Part shown: positions 52,231 through 64,000 of the stretch, piece after piece | Numbering within the stretch: position 1 is the stretch's first letter | Layout: each line of letters starts with the position of its first letter | Assembly: GCA_964016885.1 (NCBI GenBank) | Contig: OZ024741.1 | Location: 225,618,001 to 225,682,000, forward strand | DNA: 64,000 nt | Direction of reading: 5' to 3' | From: Eledone cirrhosa | Lineage: Eukaryota | Translations under genes and position numbers: made by a program | Notes under the pieces: generated by a model | What the model saw: the letters and a program-made list of their open reading frames with translations, nothing else | Databases searched by the model: none | Told to the model about the DNA's origin: nothing

Positions 52231-53098
52231 TCTCCTTATAATATATAACCAGCAATTTCTCTGTCTGTCTGTCCGTCAGTGGAAACACGTGCGCGCGTGG
52301 TTGCTATATCTCTCTCTCTCTCTCCAGCTATCCCTCTCTTTTAGTCTGTCTGTTTCTCTCACTCTCACTCTTTCTCTTTGTAACACACTAACATTCCTCC
52401 CCTCTATCGCTGTGACGAAAGGGGAGATGGAGGAGGAGGAGGAGAGAGTCACTTCGTCACTTCACCTCTGCCTTTCTTTCTCTCCCCTCTCACTCCCTCA
52501 TTACGTACAGACATTAGGGCGGTGGATTGGCAGAATCTGTAGAGAGTCGGACACCATGCTTCATAGCATGGAGTTACGTCCCTTTACGGTATGAGTCATA
52601 TACCGCCGAGGTTAACTTTGCCTTTCATCTCCTTATAATATATAACCAGCAATTTCTCTGTCTGTCTGTCCGACAGTGGAAACACGTGCGCGCGTGGTTG
52701 CTATCTCTCTCTCTCTCCAGCTATCCCTCTCTTTTAGTCTGTCTGTTTCTCTCACTCTCACTCTTTCTCTTTGTAACACACTAACGCTCCTCCTCTCTAT
52801 AGCTGCGACGAATGGGGAGATGGAGGAGGAGGAGGAGAGAGTCACTTCGTCACTTCACCTCTGCCTTTCTTTCTCTCCCCTCTCACTCCCTCATTACGTA
52901 CAGACATTAGGGCGGTGGATTGGCAGAATCTGTAGAGAGTCGGACACCATGCTTCATAGCATGGAGTTACGTCCCTTTACGGTCTGAGTTCAAATACCGC
53001 CAAGGTTAACTTTGCCTTTCATCCTCACGGAGTCGATAAAATAAAGTACAAGTAATGTACTGGGAAATAGCTGGCCTTGTGCCAAAAGTAGAAACAAT
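52231..53098 (+). repeat. ~397-bp tandem duplication (units start at 52231 and 52628) of a Helitron-like 5' segment + family A SINE
   Basis: Both units start tctccttataatatataaccagc; the first SINE is cut at ctttca|tc, the second is complete. Confidence 0.85.
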
Positions 53099-53220
53099 TA
53101 TTAGAAACATTGCTTCATTTTTACATATCTAAGCATTAGTAAAATAACTAATAATTTCAAAAGTAATTTTTCAATTCCAATTGTTATGAACAGCAAAACA
53201 TTAATAATAATTTTGTTCTA

Positions 53221-53530
53221 AGAAATATATATACATTTCTGTGTGTGTAATATATATATATATATACACACACAGAAATATATATATATACACACAGAAA
53301 TATATATACATTTCTGTGTGTGTAATATATATATATATACACACAGAAATATATATACATTTCTGTGTGTGTAATATATATATATATACACACACAGAAA
53401 TATATATATATACACACAGAAATATATATACATTTCTGTGTGTGTAATATATATATATATATATACACACACAGAAATATATATACATTTCTGTGTGTGT
53501 AATATATATATATACACACACAGAAATATA
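53221..53530. repeat. Compound palindromic minisatellite (cacagaaat atatatac atttctgtgtgtgt aatatata...) ~5 units
   Basis: Directly visible. Confidence 0.85.
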
Positions 53531-54066
53531 TGGGCATTTTTCTGTTTGTCTGTCTGTCTGTCCTTCCCTAAAACTCAAATGTAGGTGCTACAGAAATATT
53601 ACCTTCCCCTTCCTTTCTCCACTTTGGTACTACCAAGAGATACACAGTCGCTATAGAAACATTACCTTCCCCTCTCCACTGACTTTGGTCACTGAGGCCG
53701 AGGGAATCGCTGGTTGCTATAGAGACACCTTGCACAAGCCAGAAGTAACCAGTTCGAGGCGGTTCCGACTTGACACCATGCTAAGGACCATTTGAAGATA
53801 TATTTCCATTGTTATATCATAACGTTTATGTATCATAACGTTTATATTTCCGTCACTAATCTCTTTTTCTCCTTTTTCGTTTTAACATATATTTATTTCA
53901 AAGATTTCACCGTATAGATAACATATATATTTATACATGCATAAAAGACACACCGAGAGACGGTGAACATGTGGTGCGAAAACATTTCTCATCCAAATCT
54001 CAACAATATAAGTATATACACTAGATTTGCTAGCAGAAAACCGCCCACCGGGTGGTTTTCTGCTAG

Positions 54067-55230
54067 TCTATATATATAAAACAGAGGATGTCTGTCTGAG
54101 TAAATCCCTAAAACTCAAGAAGTACCCGACCGATTATTTTCAAACTTTACACATGCGTTACTTATATTTCTTGAAGTGCAATGGGTTCAAACATTTTAAA
54201 ATATTTCAGCCCGAGGGCTCGCATTAGGCGAAAAACCGTATTTGTTAGGCATTTTTAGGCTTTTTTGAGGCGTAACTTAAAGATAATCCCGCCGATTTCC
54301 TCGAGATTTACAGCACACATTATTTAGTCCCCTCGCATTGCTGTGGACAAATTCTGATTCCAATAATGGTTTCTTGGAAATTTACGAATTTGCATTGGGC
54401 ATTATATGCCATTTTGATTTTCAATATAAACGCTACTTAAACATCGTAAGTAACGTATAATATTTCGGTAAAAGTTTGGTTTATTTAACAGAGGATACAA
54501 CACTTAATTACTTTTAAGCAGGACCATTTTCGAGGGATTGAGGAAATGAGGAGGACCTTAAAACTTTTGTCGGCGCCCTGTTGACGCTTCGTGCTTTCAT
54601 CACGCGCAAATCCGGGCCCTGTGTACGTTGCCGTGTTATTGACACCGTAAAACTCACGTCTGTGCTACTTCTACTAAGACCCTTTTTGTTACACCTACAC
54701 CGCAGTATGAACGCCCTGCGCAAGTACGCCGAACAGCGGTTGCGCTAATTCCGCGGTGACTCCTTTTGTCGCACCTTTGTTGCTGTGTAAACGCAGTGCA
54801 ACCAGTGCCGCCCAGCGTTTGTGCTAATTGCACTATGACTCCCTTCTGATGCAGCTGCGTTTCCACGGTGATTTCGTCATCTCAATATCCTTACTTAAAC
54901 GTACATAACTACTTGGTTTTCACACAATTGACTATGTCACTCCTTCAGACTGACGTGTGTTCCCCATCAGTGACCTAATTCGTGAATAGCTTTACGACAT
55001 ACATTGCCCCACAAGACATACTTACTTCTTTCGCATACAGGATTTCCGCAATCTGCCCACTGACACTGCTACTACTGGATTCGGCCTGCTGGTGTTCTAC
55101 GTTTCCAGTAGATGAACAATAATTCCCTGAGAATAAGGGGATTCAAAAAGTACGCAGATACATTCCTCAATCTTTGCATACGCGTGTTGCTATTTCACGT
55201 TTCCTACCCCGTGCAACGCTGGGTATATAT
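54067..55230 (+). mobile_element. Non-autonomous Helitron related to 21692-22631, with a different interior
   Basis: 5' TCTATATATATAAAACAGAGGATG..ccctaaaactc.agaagtacc; 3' CCCGTGCAACGCTGGG hairpin; terminal CTAG decayed. Confidence 0.75.
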
Positions 55231-55234
55231 AATT

Positions 55235-55282
<48 letters not shown>

Positions 55283-55849
55283 TTAATAACGGGTTCTTCT
55301 GTATATTCGAACGAAATGCCTGTTGAGAAAGTGGTTTTCCTCGTTCATCTTTCTGCCAGAAGCCGAATATTTTTTATGTAAGCTGACGCTAACTGATTTA
55401 GGAACCGCAGAAACCCAAAAGCTGGAATTTACCATCATTCTAGCGGGTCCGGGTAAAGATTTTTCATTCATTTATATTATTATTTGTCTGACCCGAATTT
55501 TCCTGGTCGTTTTTTTCGGCTGTGCGAGTGATTTTAAGCATTGTCTCTGTGTGTTGGTTTTTAAACGATAGTTATAGATCTGGTTTATCCCTACTATTGA
55601 GCCCTTTGCCACACATTTCGAAGATTGTGTTTCGTTATTTTGTGGGCCGAAATTCCGATTCTCGATAATTTATTTATATATGGCCTCAGCCGGATGGCTG
55701 AAACAGGTAAAAGAGTAAAAGAGTATATATACATATTCCCAACATGAACTCATAGACAGACATACACAGACATTCTCCCTGTCGCGCTCTCTCTCTCTCA
55801 TATATATAAACGTACATAAATAACCACACTGTATATCTATCTATCGCTG

Positions 55850-57816
55850 ATAGTAGACGTGTGTTACTTCGGCTGCAGCCTTTTTTGGATTTGTATTACG
55901 TTTTGGACTGTGAGTTTGTTTTTCATTTGCTTTATTTGTGTGACCTAACCTCCCGCCTGGACTTGCAGACGGGTGGTTATTTTATGTTTACCCCTTTTTT
56001 GGGGTAAAACCTACTTTGAAAATTTGTATACCAACTTACAATAATGGACACCATACATGAAAACACAACTGCCACGCCCCCCAGGGAAAGTGATAAAGAG
56101 CAACAAGTAACTCAACCTACTGAAGCTTCCCTTCTCTCACTTTCGCATGCGAGTATGGAAGTGGATTTGGCGAACAATTCTAAAAACTTGGGTAATAACC
56201 CAAACAATGGAAACACCAAATTGAAAGAATGTATAAATTATACTGACACCAACAACACCAATACAAATAACAAAGAAAATATATCAAACACACACAAAAG
56301 CGAAAACAGCAGCAACAATGACAAAGAAAACAACATAAATGTGAACTCGAAACCCGAAAAAATGGGTGAAAACCCAAAAGACTGTACCGCAAACGACAAC
56401 AACCAAAACGCAAACACCCAAGAAAACAAGAACAACAAGAACGAAACACACAAAAAAGACCCCACTACACGAATATCCTTTGCCCAGGTCGTTAAGGAGA
56501 CCGAAACTTTCACCCCAGTTGACATCAGTAATGCAGCGGAATTGCTAAAAGAGGGGAGAAAACAGGTGAGCTTTGGTGAAAACGGTGAATTCACCATAAT
56601 CTCCCCTAAGGAGATTAAAAGAGACACGGTCCTAAGGACAATTAATTTTAGAACTATATCAAATGCGTCGAAAAAACCAGCTCAAATATCGCATAGCGAA
56701 ATTGAGCTGGAGTTAAACGACGCGTTGAAGGACATGATTTTTATTGAGATAGGGAAGTTATATGGGAGTCTGACAATTTTGATGAAGGACCAATTGGTGG
56801 CCCAAAAATTTAGTGGCCCAAAAATTGTTGGCCCAACAATTGGTGGCCCAACAATTTTCCTGGGGACGTGCCCCCCCCCCCCGTGTAAAACGAATGGAGT
56901 CCTCTTGAAAAAAATTCTCCCCCCCCCCAGACACCCACACCACACCAAACACCCCAACCCCACCACACTCTGATGTCCCCACACCACCACAAACCACCAC
57001 TCCGCCCACCAAACCCTCCCCCACCCCCATGGAAATTGTGCGACCTGGTCCCCGGGACGCAGAGAGGTAGGTGCCTCCTTTTTCTCTTTACTACCAACAT
57101 GGCTGTATTGAGAGTGGCTTGTCTAAATTAGCGTTGCCTGGGCTCATATTGGAAGCAAGCAAAACTTCTAAATGACCTCAGGTCACGCTGTATAAATGTG
57201 ATGGTCATTTGCGAGGCCCGGATCAGCAGCGTGCGCCAGCAAGCCCCCACCTCTGACGACTTTGAGATGCACGCATCTCTCTGTCAGTCCGGAGGTGGGA
57301 GTGGAGTTGTCGTTCTCCTGCAAAGACATCTGGGACTCGCCGCACAGACGGTACACCTGGACCCGGAGGGTCGACTGGTGGTTTTAGACGTTGGCAGTTG
57401 TGAAGGCGGAGCCTTTAGGCTGGTCGCCGCCTACGCCCCTTTTGGGTCGCACGGCCGGACTTCTTCCAACGTCTGGAGACTTTTATAGGGACGTCTCGCT
57501 CCTTGCTTTTCGTGGAGGACTAGAATGGTATCCTAGATGCACGTTGGGACAATGTAGGGGCATGTCCTGATAGATGGGGCTGTAACAGCCTCAAGTGGTT
57601 AATCGGCCGATTCGACCTGGCCGATAGATATCGACTAAATTTTCCGACTGTGCCAACCTGGACTTGGACAAAGCACATCGGTCAATCTAGATCGTACCTA
57701 GATAGGTTCTTAGTTAGAAATAAGTATAGGGACATTTTAAGTTGTCCAGAAATGCTCATGGTTGGCTATTCAGACCACAAGTTAGTGACCTCCATGGTCA
57801 ACTTTGATAGAACGGA
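55850..57816 (+). mobile_element. Tx1/L1-like LINE 5' part: ORF1 (56044-56973) and a disrupted APE endonuclease (~57098-57816)
   Basis: ISFAQVVK ORF1 motif; MAVLRVACLN, SGVVVLL, DPEGRLVVLDV, RLVAAYAP, SRSYLDRFLV, GYSDHKLV. Confidence 0.8.
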
Positions 57817-58530
57817 TAGCTAACAGTGTTTCATCCATACCACATGGCAGGAATCATCAGGGACTATAAACAAGAGTATATCAATATTTGCATGCTCCAT
57901 CGAGCTGCGTCACCAGAACAAGGTTAAAGGACCAGCAGGGGGGTCCCGAGGCCAGCGCTATATGGAAAAAGACAGATTACAGGCTTTTTGTTCCTTTATT
58001 GTTTTGTATTTTTATATTTATCTCTTTTGTTATCTTTGTTTTTTTGTACTTTTTTATTATTTTTTTAATTGTTTCTGATCATGCTGAGTAATACCTTCAA
58101 TCATCCCTTGATACCCTCTCCCAACCTCTTTATCATCTATTGCACCATTTAAGTGATACATTTTTGGTGTAATTTTTTAAGGCCTTTTATAACATTATGT
58201 GCATCATGTATTCTGTCTTTTTCCATATAGTGCTGGCCTCGGGACCCCCTGCTGGTACTTTAACCTTGTTCTGGTGTCGCAGCTCGATGGAGCATGCGAA
58301 TATTGATATACTCTTGTTTATAGTCTCTGATGATTCCTGCCATGTGGTATGGATGAAACACTGTTAGCTAATAAAACAATGTATTTCTAAGCACTCTTTG
58401 GTTATTCCTATAACTAGAACGGCTCTGTAGTATACTAGTTATCCTACATTGAGCTAAAACCACACTGTCATACCAAGGGCAATATATCTGCGTGTCTGGG
58501 CATATTGATATATTTGTCAACGAAACTTTA
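57817..58530 (+). mobile_element. Fold-back PLE-like terminal element with ~165-bp inverted arms and a hammerhead-like motif
   Basis: 57817-57981 is the inverse of 58207-58370; CTGATGA-tTCC..GGAt-GAAA-CACTG-T-T-AGCTA at 58327-58370. Confidence 0.75.
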
Positions 58531-58549
58531 TATATATATATATATATAC

Positions 58550-58667
<118 letters not shown>

Positions 58668-58686
58668 TATTATATATATATATAAA

Positions 58687-58872
58687 GGGCGGTGGATTGG
58701 CAGTATCGGTAGAGGGTCGGAGGCCATGCTTTCCAGCATAGTTACGTCCCTTTACGATCTGAGTTCAAATCCCGCCGAGCTTGATTTTGCCTTTCATCCT
58801 TACGGGGTCGATAAAATAAAGTACCAGTAATGCACTGGGTAATTGCTGGCCTTGTGCCAAAAAGTAGAAACA
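58687..58872 (+). mobile_element. SINE family A (young copy)
   Basis: Consensus match. Confidence 0.9.
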
Positions 58873-59052
58873 TATATATATATATGTATATATTATTATT
58901 CCAAGAACTGCTTACCTAGGAATTGTGTTGAATCTGCTACCCGAACAGGAGGAAACTTCTTGTTGAATCAAACAACGCCGAACGTTAAAAATATCCTCAA
59001 TAGAGAGTACTCATAACCTTTACTTGGATTGCCTTAAACGATTCTACGTTAA

Positions 59053-59100
<48 letters not shown>

Positions 59101-59103
<3 letters not shown>

Positions 59104-59293
59104 GAACCAGTAAGACCCCGACGGCTGAGCTCAAGCCGTTTCGACGGCTAATTCTGGACTCAGAATTAGCCGTCGAAACGGCTTGAGCTCAGCCGTCGGG
59201 GTCTTACTGGTTCCTATTACCCACTCTACTACCCCAAGTATTGAGTACTTTGGTGCGTTACGGTCCACCTGGTTCCTTACCACATTTCCTTCG

Positions 59294-59296
<3 letters not shown>
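59101..59296 (+). mobile_element. Short fold-back element (perfect 54-bp arms, 4-nt loop) with a half hammerhead
   Basis: 59103-59156 is the exact inverse of 59161-59214; GAAA-CGGCT..AGCCG-T-C-GGGGTC; in (TA)n. Confidence 0.85.
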
Positions 59297-59339
<43 letters not shown>

Positions 59340-59773
59340 GCGGGGAACAGTTAATAGTCGCTTCATTCTAGACGTGATCCTCGCAACTCTACATATGTAT
59401 TGAGTTCAATCTGTCGCTTCGAAATGGTAGTATCTAGTACACATTATTTACACCACTATTTTTGCCCTCCACCTTGTGTGTGGTGCGCGCGATAGATTTA
59501 TATCTATATACGTATATATATATAGTGCAGAGTTAACTTAATATATAGCTACATACACATTATGAGAGATAGGTTGAGAGAAATAGAGGGGGAAACAGAG
59601 AAAGAGAGAGGAAGAGAAAGGTCTATTCTATATAGGCCCAATCAAATCGATAAAACATTGATGATCGAAACTTGTTCCTGCCAAACAGCACAATCTATCT
59701 TTGGATTTCGCTCTGTGTTTTTAAGGGTGTCGTATCGCCATCCTTTTTAGAATGAAAACTTAACTTCTAAAGA

Positions 59774-59817
<44 letters not shown>

Positions 59818-59959
59818 AAGTAACGAAGATCTCTGGTATTATGTCATGGTTCTTCGCCCAACCTCTAGCTCACTCAATGAATCTGCCGAAGTGCAGTTAT
59901 GCAGCAGCAATCAGCTGTTTAGAGTGTACACATCTAATTAATAGCAGATACGGTGGATA

Positions 59960-60372
59960 TATATATATATTGTTATATTTCGGGATGTTCATGGAAGGTG
60001 ATGTTGCCAATATTGCCAATAAAAAGAAACCGACGCATCATACAATTTTCCATTTATCTTTATCTTTATTTCGCGTTATTCACTCCTTTTTCAAAGTTCT
60101 TTCGTCATTCAGTTTGTGACCTCCTCAACGAAAATCTGTTCTCTTTTGTGCCTCCTATTCTACTTGATCACAGAATGTGCAACAAAAGAATTTTGGCGAA
60201 CTAACGAATAACTAGGAACAAATATAAAGTGAAAACGTGAAAATCATGTGACGTTTATGCCTCTCCCCACTGGCAATATCAACAACTTTACTATCCATAA
60301 ACATAATATCGACTTCAACAATCGGTTCCACATCAAGAACCTTGCAAAAAAAAATCTATATCTATACACACA

Positions 60373-60451
<79 letters not shown>

Positions 60452-62160
60452 TTCGTTTCTGAATTTGCTTAGCAAGATCCTTTATCTGAAAACGTGTGTT
60501 GAAACCGATATTGTCATGCTTTGGGAGGGTCATGTTGCCAATAAGAAACACACTCCAATTTATTATAAATTAAATATATAAATTTATAAATTTCCGGTTG
60601 GTTGTTTCCACAACCGGACTGTTGTTAATATATTGTCAAAGTTCTTTCGTCTCACATTCTGTGACCTCTTCAGTGACTGGGGATTCTTTTGTTTGTTTTT
60701 GTGGCTCTGTCCTACGCCATCTTGTTTTTGTGTTGTGTGGTTAGTTTGCGCATGTGTTACATCCAGGTGGCTGTGTGTGTTTATATTTGTTTATATATTT
60801 GTTTATTTACATGTTACTGGTTGGTTCTTTGTTCTATATGTGTGTTTTTATTTTATCCTTAATTGTAAGTTGGGATGTTGCTATTCCATTCATGTTTTCT
60901 ATTTAATTTTGGTTGGAGTTCATTTATGTTTATTGCCTCTGTGATTTGTCTAAACATTGCGTCTTTTCTGTGTGTAGGTTCTATTTTTATTTCTATGCTC
61001 TCTAATTTACCCTTATGTTCTATTTTAGCATGTTGGTGGAGTACAGCAGATTATTTTCTATCTTGAAGCTCTCGCCAGTGTTCATTTATCCGTTCTCCTA
61101 TACTACGAGCTGTACACTATATTCTTATCTCTACATTGTCCTTCAGTACATCTTATGCTATATCCTACATTTCTAGTTTTACAGTTAATATGGGGCTTAG
61201 TTTACAGATTATACATTTATTATCTATACAGTGAGGTCTTTGAAAAGGGTATGTATTACTAATAAGTGTTTTATGGAGGTACCTGGTCTTTCTACTATCT
61301 TAATATTGAGTTTATGTTTATCTAGGGCCCTTCTAAATTCGTAAGCTAATTCATCCCTAGGGGTTGTATTGATGAACAATGGTAGTTGTTGCTATCATAC
61401 CATGAGTTTATTCTATTAACCTTATTCCTAGTTCATTCTATTCTATTCCAAAATTTGCTCCTATACAAGGGGCAGGTCCCATTTGTATCATTATTTACCA
61501 TTTTTTCCCATTTGGTTCTGGCTCCTCTATATACTCTGATTTTATCTCTCTGATTGTAACCAGAGAACTGCATACGGTGGATGAAGTGCTGTAAGTGTCT
61601 CTCTAGTTCTTTGGGGTTGCACATGCGGGACACGTTTCTCATCACCCGTACCAAATCCGCAATCAGTATGTTGATTTTGGTGTGATCCGAAACAGCTGAG
61701 TTTTGGTGGATCAGGTATTTGGAAGTCATGGGTTTGGCATAATGGGAATGGAGGATTTGTTTTTTGTTATTAATGGTTTCTAACCAGAGCTCTGTGTCTA
61801 GTACAGGTAATCGATGGTTGGGGTGTTTGCTTGGGTAGTCTATAGTAACTCTAATACTCTGGTGGATGGAGTTAGCTATTTGCTGGATGCTTCCCATGGT
61901 GTTTTTCTCTAATTCCTGACTGTTCTCTAGTGGGGGTGTTTTTACTACGATGTTTATATCATCAACGTAGCGGGAGTACATTATCAGGGTTAAGAGGTTG
62001 CTGTCTTCTAATTGTTCTTTAAGTTTAAGTTTAAGTCTATTGTCCCACCATACCATGAATAGGTTGGCTATGTCACCTGCAATGCTAACACCAATGGCTG
62101 CTCCCTCCTCTTGGGCATATGTTTGTCCATTAAATTTGAACATATGTTCCTTAAGGGTTA
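59960..62160 (-). mobile_element. PLE of a second lineage: RT fragment, decayed GIY-YIG, and duplicated terminal repeats with hammerhead motifs (60635-60677, 60087-60134)
   Basis: ORF 61433-62143: QEEGAAIG, YSRYVDD, LPVLD, HYAKPM; ARSIGERINEH at ~61060-61110; GTCA-CTGAAGA-g-GTC..GAC-GAAA-GAAC-T-T-TGAC. Confidence 0.8.
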
Positions 62161-62266
62161 ATTTTATATATATATATAAGAAAAAGGATATTTAATTTGT
62201 TTTTAATTCAACAAATATATATATTTATAACTGATTCGAAGCATTCTACAGGTTTTCTGGAGTATA

Positions 62267-62365
62267 ATATCAATGATATTAATAAATGGAAACTATATTT
62301 ATAAAACCATATTTATTCTATATAAATATGGTTTTATAAATATAGTTTCCATTTATTAATATCAT

Positions 62366-62371
<6 letters not shown>
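62267..62371. repeat. Perfect 50-bp-arm hairpin made of the 3' tip of the 13-17 kb PLE pLTR
   Basis: ataaatatggttttataaatatagtttccattt matches 17077-17110. Confidence 0.85.
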
Positions 62372-62414
<43 letters not shown>

Positions 62415-62553
62415 CAAAGATTAATATGGTTCATTGATTACTCAATGAATATAGTTTTACAATAGATTATAAGCACTCTGCAAAGAAGTTTTCTGGAGTT
62501 ATTAATATTATTCAGAATATTAATAAATGAAGACATTCACATAATCAAAATAT

Positions 62554-62620
62554 ATATTTTATTATATATATTTCGAAGGTACTGTGCTGTTTTTCAGTAC
62601 GTCCTCGTCAGATAAAATAC
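62554..62620 (-). ncRNA. Minimal type I hammerhead ribozyme
   Basis: TATTTTAT-CTGACGA-GGAcGTACTG..CAGTACcTTC-GAAA-TATATA-T-A-ATAAAATA. Confidence 0.8.
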
Positions 62621-62889
62621 ATGAATTGATATATGACATACCTCAACGTTCTTGATGGTTCATTTCTAGTATTAGCAGTGATTTATTAAAAACAAATTTC
62701 AACATTTATATACCACAAATAATAACATGATTAACTTAAATTCAATGAAGAAGAGTATGTGGAGTGAGAAATAGATATAAGGGGGGGGGGGGGGTGAATG
62801 TGAGGAAATGCAAGAGGAAAATAAATAAATACATAATATTTAAATGCGTAAATATACTTATTAGGGAAGAAAGGGGGGGATAGAAGAGA

Positions 62890-62982
62890 GAAGAAAGAAA
62901 AAGAAAAAGAAGAAAAAGAAAAAGAAAAAGAAAAAGAAAAAGAAAAAGAAAAAGAAAAAGAAAAAGAAAAAGAAAAAGAAAG
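62890..62982. repeat. (GAAAAA)n hexamer tract
   Basis: Directly visible. Confidence 0.9.
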
Positions 62983-63344
62983 AAATAACAGCAAAAAATA
63001 AAGAAAGAGAAATAATGTGTGACCGTTGCTTCCAAATATTAAGTCAAATAGAAGCGTCCAATTAAATACCATGAAATGTTTTAATATCTTTTGTATTTGG
63101 TTATGTTTAAGCTATTTATACTAATATATTATATCAAAATTAACAATATAAAAATAATTTCTATAGCAATCAGAATCATAGTTTAATTAACTAATCTTTT
63201 CACTAAATATTTTGTTACAATATTCAAAAAACATTTTTATCTTTAAAGCAAGTTTAAATACCTATTAAATATGTATAAAGATATTTACTAAAACCCATGC
63301 ATATATCACAATCAGTATATATATTTTATAGTATGTTAAGCCAT

Positions 63345-63432
63345 TTGTGAATTAGGGAGCCTCGCTCTTTGTCCGCAAATCCAAGTTCAGTCATACTTTG
63401 GTCCAAGCAGGTTGGTATATAACCCGTAGCTG
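63345..63432 (-). mobile_element. Small Dong/R4-like fragment abutting (TATG)n
   Basis: ATGYIPTCLDQSMTELGFADKERGSLIHK aligns by eye with ALGCVNNCLNTNLEKLGFIGTERTQLVRK of the 29.3-30.9 kb element. Confidence 0.5.
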
Positions 63433-64000
63433 TATGTATGTATGTATGTATGTATGTATGTATGTATGTATGCATGTATGTGTGTGTGTATGTGTATGTA
63501 TGTGTGTGTGTGAGAGTGTATTTGTGTGTGTGTGTGTGTGTGTGTGTGTATACATGTGTATGAAACAAATTCTAGCAGCTAGGAATATCTTTAACTTTTA
63601 ATAATTTCACTCTCATATCAGCTAATCTGTACGATTCAACTTTTAGAATTCCAGTATCTTAACATAGTTTTATAAAAGATATATTCTTTATTTGTAGATC
63701 TTTATAGCTATTTTTATTTCTATGTATAAATATATTATTCCAATTTATCTCCCCTTAATTCCATTAGCTTGCTACAGATGGTTATTTCCACTAAAATCCG
63801 ATTCAGTTCAGTCTCCAGGCGATTATATGTTATTTTTAGCCTTCTGTATATTCCCAATTAAACACGAATGTATTTTTTTAATATATTTTCAAATATCTCT
63901 TTATATAAGCATAAAATCGGTCGAATGTTTTTTAAGATGTCCCTCATTTATTTATATCCCAGTAAGACAATATTTGATTAATACCTTCACAAAATAATTC

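Noticed and set aside
56790-57035. 15-bp repeats and a C-rich stretch as a novel ORF1 domain
   Set aside because: Homopolymer-rich, garbled sequence suggests low-quality consensus (similar at 38040-38220 and 40180-40440); not interpretable.
58912-59045. Further cyclase exon (gtaagc donor on the - strand)
   Set aside because: No hydrophobic AC-like translation and no convincing acceptor.

Overview
AT-rich, microsatellite-dense animal genomic DNA. The SINE and LINE content looks like a coleoid cephalopod (Octopus-like); the taxon is my inference. The only host gene I can support is a minus-strand transmembrane adenylate cyclase. Seven GT-AG exons between 42888 and 400 splice in frame into 338 codons covering the end of M2 and most of the C2 catalytic domain; two of these exons are absent from the ORF track. 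The rest is intronic mobile or repetitive DNA: a ~4 kb 38-bp minisatellite (source of the three giant false ORFs), ~20 tRNA-derived SINE copies, Dong/R4-, RTE- and Tx1/L1-type LINE relics, non-autonomous Helitrons, MITE-like elements and several Penelope-like elements (PLEs). The most interesting signal is a dense set of more than 15 type I hammerhead-ribozyme (HHR) motifs from different PLE-like families. They show stem covariation, a recurring compensatory U3-A8 core (UUGAAAA), and a repeated fold-back architecture inserted in (TA)n tracts. Several lie on the same strand as the cyclase pre-mRNA. All RNA folds were parsed by eye and are untested.
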